Part shown: one piece after another, positions 18,050 through 25,825 of the stretch
How positions within the stretch are numbered: position 1 is the first letter of the stretch
Layout: each line of letters starts with the position of its first letter
Virus record (IMG/VR): IMGVR_UViG_3300033073_000243
Location: 20,600 to 84,599 of that record
From: a virus
Lineage: Duplodnaviria > Caudoviricetes
Strand: one strand, 5' to 3'
Length of the DNA stretch: 64,000 bases
The notes under the pieces: model-generated
Told to the model about the DNA's origin: nothing
The model's database searches: none
The model's input: the letters and a program-made list of their open reading frames with translations, nothing else
Translations under genes and position numbers: made by a program

Positions 18050-18226
18050 ATGAAAATCTTCATTGTACAAATCGATATGTCTGACGCTTACGATGGCACC
18101 GATTGGCAAAATGCTGACTTGGCTTTCAAGTCCAAAGAACATGCGGAAGCTCACATCGAGCAAGTAATCGAAGAATACGGCATTGAGCGTAAAGGCCTGC
18201 GTATTGTTGAATTGGAGTTGGTATGA
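18050..18226 (+). CDS. 58-aa hypothetical protein (not in the ORF track)
   Basis: MKIFIVQIDMSDAYDG...IVELELV; AGGA Shine-Dalgarno; ATGA overlap with the next gene. Confidence 0.65.
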   Translation: MKIFIVQIDMSDAYDGTDWQNADLAFKSKEHAEAHIEQVIEEYGIERKGLRIVELELV

Positions 18227-18432
18227 ACGAACGAATTAACGAACTTATCAAACAGTCATACAAGACTGTCCAATTTGAGAGCGGGTATTCGCAAACATAT
18301 TTCAGCCAAGAAAAGTTCGCCGAGTTGATTATTGCTGAATGTATTGAGATTGCCCGCGAAGAAGAAGGCCATTCGCCTTTTGAAGGTCCTGTAGAAACTA
18401 AGATTAAACTATATTTCGGAGTCGAAGAATGA
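18223..18432 (+). CDS. small phage protein of the MNERI...EKFAELI type
   Basis: Recognisable small-phage-protein motif; coupled ORF. Confidence 0.6.
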   Translation: MNERINELIKQSYKTVQFESGYSQTYFSQEKFAELIIAECIEIAREEEGHSPFEGPVETKIKLYFGVEE

Positions 18433-18719
18433 ACCTGCAAACCGTAGCAGAGAACCTGCGTAACACAATTGCCGGCAAGGAAAAGTATCTTGCTCAAGTT
18501 GATTCTGCTCTTGCTGAAGGTGTCGCTAGTAGTCAACTTCGTATTGCATTGTCAACTACCCAAGAGTTTCTGCAAATCAATATTGACGAACTCAAGCGGA
18601 TCCTATCCGATGTAGAGAAGTGTGTGGACAAGGATGTAGAACAAAGCTGGCGTGACAATCCGGACCGTATGGGCGGACAGTTTACGCAAGATGAAATTGA
18701 CAATGCGGAGAAATGGTAA
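18429..18719 (+). CDS. hypothetical protein
   Basis: Coupled ORF ending in SWRDNPDRMGGQFTQDEI. Confidence 0.6.
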   Translation: MNLQTVAENLRNTIAGKEKYLAQVDSALAEGVASSQLRIALSTTQEFLQINIDELKRILSDVEKCVDKDVEQSWRDNPDRMGGQFTQDEIDNAEKW

Positions 18720-18967
18720 TGATTAAGATTGACGGGCTAACTGCCGAGCAGGTTGACATGCTGGAAATTATTTGGAGTTTCAAAAGCAAAGACGAATACT
18801 TCGACTGGCTTGAACAACTTGACGAAGATGACATGGAAATGGCACAAGGGCTAATGCGTCTGCTTGCTATTGCAATAATCGACGAGGCTCAAGAAGAACT
18901 TACAGATCCTTACAAAGATGCAAGATTGGTTATCCAAAAGATCCAATCAAAATTTGACACAAAATAA
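18713..18967 (+). CDS. acidic hypothetical protein
   Basis: 84-aa ORF. Confidence 0.55.
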   Translation: MVMIKIDGLTAEQVDMLEIIWSFKSKDEYFDWLEQLDEDDMEMAQGLMRLLAIAIIDEAQEELTDPYKDARLVIQKIQSKFDTK

Positions 18968-18982
18968 ATAAACCAGTACAAT
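18954..18982 (+). promoter_or_regulatory. early promoter
   Basis: TTGACA-17-TACAAT. Confidence 0.7.
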
Positions 18983-18991
18983 AGAAGAATT

Positions 18992-19156
18992 ATGAAACGA
19001 GAGATTATCACTGCTAAACTGCCAAAACAGAAGCGCCGTGCTGACTTCTTGTTCCATAACGGGCAATTCAAACCAAAGACAGAGCAAAACCGCAAAGCCT
19101 ATAATCGCAAGAAATTGGCAAAAACGGATATTGACACAAATTTGGATGGTTGCTAA
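18992..19156 (+). CDS. 54-aa basic peptide resembling ribosome-rescue factor ArfA (not in the ORF track)
   Basis: MKREIITAKLPKQKRRADFLFHNGQFKPKTEQNRKAYNRKKLAKTDIDTNLDGC. Confidence 0.55.
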   Translation: MKREIITAKLPKQKRRADFLFHNGQFKPKTEQNRKAYNRKKLAKTDIDTNLDGC

Positions 19157-19159
19157 AAT
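19131..19159 (+). promoter_or_regulatory. early promoter
   Basis: TTGACA-caaatttggatggttgc-TAAAAT. Confidence 0.7.
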
Positions 19160-19226
19160 AGAGGTATGGTGAGCAATGGTGCAATCCATACATTTTTACA
19201 CACACAGAGAAAAGGAAACTTTTAAA

Positions 19227-19487
19227 ATGGCTACTTCTAAGACTTTCAAGGTTATCGGTATTTCTACCCTTAACGGCAAAACTAAAGTTCGCTTTGCGAA
19301 CGATTTGGCAAGTCGCATCAAGAATCTTGTCAAGAACAACCACACCGACGTGGAACTGTTCGAGCTGCCTGAGGCTATGACTAAGGAAGCTGGCATTGCT
19401 TATGCCAAGGCGAACAACCTGTTCGCAGTACCTGCAGACACAGACACTTCTGCAGAAGATGTAGTTGCCGCCGCTCAAGGCGAGTAA
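19227..19487 (+). CDS. hypothetical protein
   Basis: AAGGA Shine-Dalgarno, ATG at 19227. Confidence 0.65.
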   Translation: MATSKTFKVIGISTLNGKTKVRFANDLASRIKNLVKNNHTDVELFELPEAMTKEAGIAYAKANNLFAVPADTDTSAEDVVAAAQGE

Positions 19488-19499
19488 CCCCTACAAGCG

Positions 19500-19520
19500 G
19501 TGGGGGTGCAATTCCCCCAC
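19500..19520 (+). other. GC-rich hairpin (GTGGGGG-TGCAATT-CCCCCAC)
   Basis: 7-bp perfect intergenic stem. Confidence 0.6.
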
Positions 19521-19546
19521 ACTTTCCCTAACTTTAAGGATAATCC

Positions 19547-19768
19547 ATGAGTAGATTACAACTGCATGGCAGACCGTGGGTGGTATTTGACGCAAAAAAC
19601 AAAGATCATCGCCGGTGGTTTGCTGACTTTAATGAAACACTGTCGTGGGGTCGTTGTCCTGTTCGTTTTGTAGTAAATGACGATCATGGCGACTTGCTCA
19701 CAATGATCCAACGAGAACTTATTAAATTTTATGTCGACAAAGAATTCAAAACCAAACAACCTGCCTAA
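19547..19768 (+). CDS. hypothetical protein
   Basis: AAGGA Shine-Dalgarno, 73 aa. Confidence 0.6.
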   Translation: MSRLQLHGRPWVVFDAKNKDHRRWFADFNETLSWGRCPVRFVVNDDHGDLLTMIQRELIKFYVDKEFKTKQPA

Positions 19769-19840
19769 GTCCATTCCTAGTTCAACTGGTGGAATCATCA
19801 CTTTTACGCCCACTGGTTTGATCCACACAGCCGCAAAGCG

Positions 19841-19899
19841 TTAATTGACACAAATTCATTTTGGTCATATAATACATACATAGCGTAACAAAACAGGAG
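19841..19899 (+). repeat. 59-bp promoter+RBS direct repeat, copy 1
   Basis: ttaattgacacaaattcattttggtcatataatacatacatagcgtaacaaaacaggag is identical to 20109-20167. Confidence 0.9.
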
Positions 19900-19905
19900 C
19901 ACATT

Positions 19906-20112
19906 ATGTCTAAACGCAATTCGCAAATCAGCCAAGACATTGCACGACTGAAAGCATGGTTGAGCACTTTTGGTTGCAATACTATTTTCCGGAATCAGAT
20001 TTATATCGAATTCCAAAAAGGTATCGAGGGTCTAGTCCGTAAAGCCGAAGCTCTTGGTATTCTAAAACGTCTGCCTAAAGTCAAAGGCGCTGTGGCATTC
20101 CAAATCGTTTAA
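19906..20112 (+). CDS. small hypothetical protein between the two repeat copies
   Basis: AGGAG Shine-Dalgarno supplied by the repeat. Confidence 0.6.
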   Translation: MSKRNSQISQDIARLKAWLSTFGCNTIFRNQIYIEFQKGIEGLVRKAEALGILKRLPKVKGAVAFQIV

Positions 20113-20167
20113 TTGACACAAATTCATTTTGGTCATATAATACATACATAGCGTAACAAAACAGGAG
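20109..20167 (+). repeat. 59-bp promoter+RBS direct repeat, copy 2
   Basis: Contains TTGACA 20113-20118, TATAAT 20136-20141 and AGGAG. Confidence 0.9.
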
Positions 20168-20173
20168 TCGAAG

Positions 20174-20530
20174 ATGGCGTTTGTTTCCCAAGAGCTGAAA
20201 GCTAAACTGGCACCCCGCATTAAGGCAATTTGCAATAAGCATGGTGTTAAGGCTTCCATTGCAGTTCGCAATCATATGACACTGGTACTCAATATCAAAT
20301 CTGGAAAGATTGACTTTGGTGGTACTAACATTGATGTGAACACTTATTGGTATAACGAACACTTCAAAGACAAGCCTAAAGCACTGGCTTTCTTGAGCGA
20401 AGTCATTCCTGCAATGAACAATGGCAACCACGACCGTAGCGACATCCAGTCTGACTACTTTGATGTAGGTTGGTACATTGACGTTAACATCGGCAAGTGG
20501 AACAAACCGTACACTGTCGAAAGTGTTTAA
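20174..20530 (+). CDS. hypothetical protein of a common phage type (SDIQSDYFDVGWY...IGKWNKPY)
   Basis: 118-aa ORF with the RBS from the repeat. Confidence 0.65.
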   Translation: MAFVSQELKAKLAPRIKAICNKHGVKASIAVRNHMTLVLNIKSGKIDFGGTNIDVNTYWYNEHFKDKPKALAFLSEVIPAMNNGNHDRSDIQSDYFDVGWYIDVNIGKWNKPYTVESV

Positions 20531-20559
20531 TAGACACAAATCCCCAAACCTCGTATAAT
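20531..20559 (+). promoter_or_regulatory. early promoter
   Basis: TAGACA-caaat...-TATAAT, 17-bp spacer. Confidence 0.7.
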
Positions 20560-20594
20560 ACACATATTGCAAAACAATTTAAGGAGTAAATGCA

Positions 20595-21704
20595 ATGGCT
20601 AAGAAAGATGCAGTGACCGAAGGTCGTACAGTTAAAATTAGTGAAGCCAAGCGACTGGTTCGTCGTGCAATGGCTGTCAAGCGTCCCGTTTTTATGTGGG
20701 GCCCTCCAGGCGTAGGCAAGTCCGATCTGGCTGCTCAGCTGGCAACAGAAATGGGCGGTGCTCTTGTTGACGTTCGCTTGAACCTTTGGGAACCTACTGA
20801 CATTAAAGGTATCCCGTATTACAACTCTAAAGAAAATACAATGAGCTGGGCTCCTCCTAGCGAACTGCCTACTAAAGAGTTTGCCTCAAAGCATCCTATC
20901 GTTGTTCTGTTCTTGGACGAACTTGCAGGTGCTCCTCCTGCTGTTCAAAGTGCGGCTTATCAGCTGATCCTGAACCGCAAGGTTGGTACTTACGAACTGC
21001 CTGACAATGTTGTCATTATGGCGGCTGGTAACCGAATGACTGACAAGGGTGTTACTTATCGTATGCCTACTCCGCTGGCTAACCGTTTCGTTCACTTTGA
21101 ACTGCGAGTTGACTTTGCTGACTGGAACGTCTGGGCTCTACAAAATCGTATCCACCAAGACGTGGTTGGTTACCTGAACTATGCTAAGGGCGACCTGTAC
21201 AATTTCGATCCTACTGTCCATGACCGTAGCTTCGCAACTCCTCGTTCTTGGAGCTTTGTGTCTGACCTGCTTGACGACACTATGACTGAAAACGAGCAGA
21301 CTGACATGGTGGCAGGTTGTATTGGTGAAGGCCTTGCAATTAAGTTTATGGCTCATCGCAAGATCAGTGCCGATCTGCCTAACCCTGCAGACATCCTTGC
21401 AGGTAAGGTTAAGGAACTGAAGATCAAAGAAGTGTCCGCTATGTACTCTTTGACTACTGGTATGTGCTACGAGCTGAAGGACGGTTACGATAACGCCAAG
21501 AAGACTGGCAAGCTAGACACATGGCATAGCCAATGTGAACACTTTATCCAGTTCATGATGGATAATTTCGAACCTGAAATGGTTATCATGGGTGCTCACA
21601 CTGCGCTCAAGAACTACAACCTGCCGTTCGACCACAAGAAGCTGAAGAACTTCCCAGACTTCTTCAAGCGTTATGCACATCTCGTCGTCGACGTCAGTAA
21701 CTAA
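20595..21704 (+). CDS. MoxR-like AAA+ ATPase
   Basis: WGPPGVGKS (Walker A), LFLDEL (Walker B), AAGNR, PLANRF, TPRSW. Confidence 0.9.
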   Translation: MAKKDAVTEGRTVKISEAKRLVRRAMAVKRPVFMWGPPGVGKSDLAAQLATEMGGALVDVRLNLWEPTDIKGIPYYNSKENTMSWAPPSELPTKEFASKHPIVVLFLDELAGAPPAVQSAAYQLILNRKVGTYELPDNVVIMAAGNRMTDKGVTYRMPTPLANRFVHFELRVDFADWNVWALQNRIHQDVVGYLNYAKGDLYNFDPTVHDRSFATPRSWSFVSDLLDDTMTENEQTDMVAGCIGEGLAIKFMAHRKISADLPNPADILAGKVKELKIKEVSAMYSLTTGMCYELKDGYDNAKKTGKLDTWHSQCEHFIQFMMDNFEPEMVIMGAHTALKNYNLPFDHKKLKNFPDFFKRYAHLVVDVSN

Positions 21705-21705
21705 T

Positions 21706-21734
21706 GGGGCGGGGGACTTGATCCCCCTTTCCCC
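21706..21734 (+). other. G/C hairpin after the AAA ATPase (possible terminator or processing site)
   Basis: GGGG-c-GGGGGA-cttga-TCCCCC-ttt-CCCC. Confidence 0.55.
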
Positions 21735-21741
21735 TTATGTA

Positions 21742-22017
21742 ATGCAACTGGCATATGGAGATCTAGATTATGTTAGAAGTGTGTTTGGTACTACAGATAT
21801 CAACAGATATGATCTAGAACTTTATTATAATAATGCTAGCAAATACTGGACAAAGATAACAGGTGTAGAAGAAAAGATGCGAGAGCAGATAGGTAAATGG
21901 CTCAGATCATCTAATATGCGTGGTTTGGATTATTGGTTTCCACTAGGCAGAAATGCTATGTGGTTTAAGTATCCCGAAGATGCCTTCGCTTTTAGTTTAA
22001 AGTTTGGAATAAAATGA
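21742..22017 (+). CDS. hypothetical protein
   Basis: ATG at 21742 after the hairpin. Confidence 0.5.
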   Translation: MQLAYGDLDYVRSVFGTTDINRYDLELYYNNASKYWTKITGVEEKMREQIGKWLRSSNMRGLDYWFPLGRNAMWFKYPEDAFAFSLKFGIK

Positions 22018-22259
22018 TGAAACAAAAAGGTTTTACTCTTATTGAACTAATGATTGTCGTTGCCTTTATTGGCATTCTGGCGGCTATCGCTATGCCGGTC
22101 CTAATGGGTACTGCATCAGGTTCTAACAACACAATCAGCGTAGGATGGAATGGTCTTACAGAAGTGCGATGCATCGAAGGCTACAAGTTTGTAGTCGGCG
22201 AAAACGGACAAGCACGCCAAATCCTAGATGAGTTCGGTAAAGGTGCAAGGTGCAATTAA
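22014..22259 (+). CDS. type IV pilin-like protein (prepilin N-terminal cleavage/methylation motif), short
   Basis: KQKG/FTLIELMIVVAFIGILAAIAMP with Glu at +5; C-terminal Cys pair. Confidence 0.85.
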   Translation: MMKQKGFTLIELMIVVAFIGILAAIAMPVLMGTASGSNNTISVGWNGLTEVRCIEGYKFVVGENGQARQILDEFGKGARCN

Positions 22260-22547
22260 ATGAGTTTCTTCGATTGGTTCAAAGGAAAGAAAATGGAAAA
22301 GGAAAATAATGTGATTAATTTTCCGCCACTTAAACCAGTTGAGCCGGTTAAACCAGTACAACCAGTGCCGCCGGTTAAACCAGCACAGCCCCGTAATGAA
22401 AATCGAGAACACTACCGCATCGGTTGTACCCCAGCTGGTATGACTACACTTACTATCATGTCACATGACGGTATGTCTATTACATTGTCAATGAATGAAG
22501 AAGCTTGTGAGCAGATGATTAGGATGCTCAGGGCTACTTACGAATAA
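22260..22547 (+). CDS. hypothetical protein with a PVxPVxP stretch
   Basis: 95-aa ORF directly after the pilin-like gene. Confidence 0.6.
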   Translation: MSFFDWFKGKKMEKENNVINFPPLKPVEPVKPVQPVPPVKPAQPRNENREHYRIGCTPAGMTTLTIMSHDGMSITLSMNEEACEQMIRMLRATYE

Positions 22548-22576
22548 TTGACATAAATTCATTTTGGCTATATAAT
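22548..22576 (+). promoter_or_regulatory. early promoter
   Basis: TTGACA-taaattcattttggcta-TATAAT; spacer nearly identical to that of the 59-bp repeat. Confidence 0.85.
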
Positions 22577-22598
22577 AAAGCATTACTAAGGAATTCAT

Positions 22599-23804
22599 AT
22601 GAAACTTGACGTTCGTGACCGCCTAACTAAAGCTCGTGTTAAGATGCTTCTCAAGCATCCTTTCTGGGGCAACTTGGCAACCCGACTTAAATTGGTAGAA
22701 GCTAGCGACTGGTGCCAAACTGCGGCAACTGATGGTCGCCACTTTTATTACTGTACCGATTTCATTAATCGTCTGGACGATGACGAACTCGTGTTCTTGT
22801 TTGGACACGAAGTAGGTCACTGCGTTTACAACCACATGAGCCGCCGTGGCGACCGAGATCCACAAGTTTGGAACATGGCAGGCGATTACCTTGTTAACGA
22901 CATGCTAATCCAAAACAATGTGGGTCGCAAAATTACTACTGTCCCTATCTTGCACGATACAAAATATCGTGACATGACTGCGGAAGAAGTTTACGACGAG
23001 CTGATGAAGAACGCTGTCAAAATCCAAATGACCCTGGACATGCACATGGACGGCTCAGGTGAAGAAGCTGAAGATAAAGATGGCAACGGCAAAGCATCTG
23101 ACGGCAAGTCTAAATCCAGTGGCATTAAGATTGACGAAGAAGCGATGAAGAAGATTCGCGACGAGATTAAAGAAGCTGTTCTGCAAAGTGCCCAAGCGGC
23201 AGGTGCAGGTAACACTCCTGCTGGCATCCGTCGTCTGATCCAACAATTCACTGCTCCTAAAATGCGCTGGCAAGACCTGCTTCGCATTCAACTGGAATCT
23301 AGCTTGAAGAATAACTATAGCTTTATGCGTCCTAGCCGTAAGGCATGGCACACCGGTGCAGTACTGCCCGGCATGTTGCCAGCAGAACACTTGGATGTCG
23401 TTATTGCTATTGACACTTCGGGTTCTATTACTGAAGAAATGGTGCGGGACTTCTTAAGTGAAGTACAAGGCATGATGGAAATGTACACTACATATTCTAT
23501 CCTTGTGTTTACTTTTGATACCCAAGTTTACAACCCTGTCGTTTTTAGCGACGACTACGGCGACGAACTTTCCGAATACGATGTCCAAGGTGGAGGCGGT
23601 ACAGACTTTGATGTCTGCTACGAGTACATGAAGGAACAAGGTATTGAGCCGAAACAGTTCATCATGTTTACTGACGGTTATCCGTTTGGTAGCTGGGGTG
23701 ACCCGGACTACTGCGATAGCTTGTTTGTTGTGCATGGCAATGACAAGATCGAAGCACCATTTGGAGTTACTGCTCACTATGAGTTTCAAAAAGTAACTGC
23801 ATAA
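22599..23804 (+). CDS. metallopeptidase-like + vWA domain protein (MoxR partner)
   Basis: TAATDG, GHEVGHC (HExxH), VIAIDTSGS (MIDAS), GGGGTDF, FTDGY. Confidence 0.88.
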   Translation: MKLDVRDRLTKARVKMLLKHPFWGNLATRLKLVEASDWCQTAATDGRHFYYCTDFINRLDDDELVFLFGHEVGHCVYNHMSRRGDRDPQVWNMAGDYLVNDMLIQNNVGRKITTVPILHDTKYRDMTAEEVYDELMKNAVKIQMTLDMHMDGSGEEAEDKDGNGKASDGKSKSSGIKIDEEAMKKIRDEIKEAVLQSAQAAGAGNTPAGIRRLIQQFTAPKMRWQDLLRIQLESSLKNNYSFMRPSRKAWHTGAVLPGMLPAEHLDVVIAIDTSGSITEEMVRDFLSEVQGMMEMYTTYSILVFTFDTQVYNPVVFSDDYGDELSEYDVQGGGGTDFDVCYEYMKEQGIEPKQFIMFTDGYPFGSWGDPDYCDSLFVVHGNDKIEAPFGVTAHYEFQKVTA

Positions 23805-23820
23805 CATAGCAGAGCATACA

Positions 23821-23845
23821 AAAAGGGCAGGCAACTGCCCTTTTT
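23821..23845. terminator. bidirectional rho-independent terminator
   Basis: AAAAGGGCAG-gcaa-CTGCCCTTTTT between convergent genes. Confidence 0.9.
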
Positions 23846-24825
23846 CATTTTAGTCTTTGCTTTATATTACTGTATATGCTTTGTATCTTTTTGTTTAGCA
23901 AAAAGCTGGAATCATTAACTAGACTAGAAGTGTGGTCTAAATCAAATTGCTTTAATATTCCCACTGAAGCATCATGCATTTGATCTATTAATGCAACTTG
24001 TGTACGGCTTACAGATTCGCCTGTAATCTTTTCTAGCTCACTATAGTCTTTCTCAAAGATTAACTTATACATATCTACAACAGTAAAGTCAGGCTGTACT
24101 AAGTTGTTATAATGCCATCCACTTAAATGTGATGTTCGTTCATTGTTATATACATGCATGAATGAGCGGAATTCATTCTCACAATCATTTAAGAAGTTTG
24201 TTCCAAAGAATTTAAAGTAAGGAACTGAACCAGCAGAGTCTCTGTTTAGTTCAAACTCTTTATCTAACGAGAAATAATAGAAGTGTTTATAAAACACAAA
24301 CATAGAACCTATCCATGCTTTGTGTTGCGGAAGTGTGCAGAATATTTTATTCTTCCAGTTAAACAAGTTCACCCTGTCTAATGTTGGTAAGTGAGCCTTT
24401 ACATACGAGAAGCCGTTTACTTTATCTATATTCAGTGTTTGGAGTTTGGGTATGAAGCTATCGATATCTCCGTTGTTCCAAATGTTTATTAACTTTAAAT
24501 TTGGAACACTATTGTCAAACAAGTCAACTGACTTTAAGTATCCAAACTTCATTATGTTAGATATCAAGTCTTGTTCATCCTTGCAGTTTAATTTAGATGC
24601 CAGTTCATTGTAAGCAGATAAATCATTAAAGGACATTACTTGATATGTTCGTTCAACCCACGACCATTCCAATTGTGGTGTTGCTTTAAACATATGGTTA
24701 ATGTTTTGATTGGTAATAAACTTCTCGTTGATAAATTTGTCATTGAGTAGTCTTCCTAAACTTGCACCCATGTGACCGGGTTCCCATAGTATAGGAGTAA
24801 AGTGTTGAGTAAAATCGTCATTCAT
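23845..24825 (-). CDS. hypothetical protein (326 aa)
   Basis: Isolated minus-strand ORF; TTAAATA late-like motif just upstream. Confidence 0.6.
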   Translation of the reverse strand: MNDDFTQHFTPILWEPGHMGASLGRLLNDKFINEKFITNQNINHMFKATPQLEWSWVERTYQVMSFNDLSAYNELASKLNCKDEQDLISNIMKFGYLKSVDLFDNSVPNLKLINIWNNGDIDSFIPKLQTLNIDKVNGFSYVKAHLPTLDRVNLFNWKNKIFCTLPQHKAWIGSMFVFYKHFYYFSLDKEFELNRDSAGSVPYFKFFGTNFLNDCENEFRSFMHVYNNERTSHLSGWHYNNLVQPDFTVVDMYKLIFEKDYSELEKITGESVSRTQVALIDQMHDASVGILKQFDLDHTSSLVNDSSFLLNKKIQSIYSNIKQRLK

Positions 24826-24841
24826 TGTGCTATTTAATGTA

Positions 24842-24890
24842 TTGATCCTGCAACATTTTTAGTTTATAATAAGAACATACTCTATAAATA
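24842..24890 (+). promoter_or_regulatory. tandem sigma70 (TTGATC-17-TATAAT) and T4-late (TATAAATA) promoters
   Basis: TTGATC 24842-24847, TATAAT 24865-24870, TATAAATA 24883-24890. Confidence 0.6.
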
Positions 24891-24933
24891 AAATAGGTAT
24901 ATAATAGATCACTTTATACTATAAGGAGTTTAA

Positions 24934-25176
24934 ATGAACATTCAAGATCTTTCTATCATTCTGGCTGCAATTGAACTAGCTATCAAGCGTGGAACATACA
25001 GCCTATTTGAAATTGGCACAGTTGGACAAACTGCCGAAAAGTTAGCAGCCTTCTTAAAAGAAGCTAACGCTCAAGCCGAAGCCAATGCACAAGCACAAGC
25101 ACAAGCCGCTGAAGGTGAAGCAAGTGCAGAGCAACCTGCTGCCGAAGCACCAACAGGCGAGCAACCTGCTGCCTAA
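24934..25176 (+). CDS. hypothetical protein
   Basis: AAGGAG Shine-Dalgarno; Ala/Glu/Gln-rich tail. Confidence 0.7.
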   Translation: MNIQDLSIILAAIELAIKRGTYSLFEIGTVGQTAEKLAAFLKEANAQAEANAQAQAQAAEGEASAEQPAAEAPTGEQPAA

Positions 25177-25188
25177 TTGGAGAGTACT

Positions 25189-25809
25189 ATGCCCCAATTT
25201 ATCAAACATGTCGGGCAAGTAAACAACACAGGCAAGAAGTGTGTTGTTTTGTTCAGGGAAATCCCTGGCGAAGCGAACTCTTGCCTTGTTGTCGAAACAG
25301 AAGACATACCACAAAAGTATCATGACGAATTGATCGCCGCCGTCGAAAGCCCAGGCGCTCAAGAAGAAATGGATTTTTACAAGTACGCTAATCGTATGAC
25401 CTTCCATGATGGACGCAACATTTTAGAAGCGTTACATTTAAGTGGCTGGTTAAGAAAACATTCTACTAGTGAAGTTTCTATGCTTCCTACTAGAGAGATT
25501 AGCATTCGTTTAAGTGATTTAAATAATCAACTTAATGAAATTAACAACGCAGGCAGAACAACTAGTGGCGACATCAGTCAACCTCAAGCAGATACACCTG
25601 CAACATCTACAAATCCTCCAGGAACACTAAGCGATTCTCAAATTGCTAACCAAATGCGAAGCCAAGCGGCTTTCTTTAAGAAAGAAGCTGAGCGTTTATA
25701 TGCCGAAGCAAACACATTAGATCCGCAAACTACTGCCAGTCTAGTGACTGAAACTGCTGCCGCTACTCCCGAAGTGCGAGTTAAAAGAAAATACACTAAA
25801 AAAAAGTAA
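25189..25809 (+). CDS. hypothetical protein
   Basis: GGAG Shine-Dalgarno, ATG at 25189. Confidence 0.65.
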   Translation: MPQFIKHVGQVNNTGKKCVVLFREIPGEANSCLVVETEDIPQKYHDELIAAVESPGAQEEMDFYKYANRMTFHDGRNILEALHLSGWLRKHSTSEVSMLPTREISIRLSDLNNQLNEINNAGRTTSGDISQPQADTPATSTNPPGTLSDSQIANQMRSQAAFFKKEAERLYAEANTLDPQTTASLVTETAAATPEVRVKRKYTKKK

Positions 25810-25825
25810 CTAAGGAAACAAACGC

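Noticed and set aside
19488-19530. T-loop-like hairpin considered as a tRNA
   Set aside because: No acceptor, D or anticodon arms can be folded; no tRNA was recognised anywhere in the window
19841-20167. Direct repeat considered as a CRISPR array
   Set aside because: Only two 59-bp copies, separated by 209 bp containing a gene; the repeat is a promoter+RBS and no cas genes are seen
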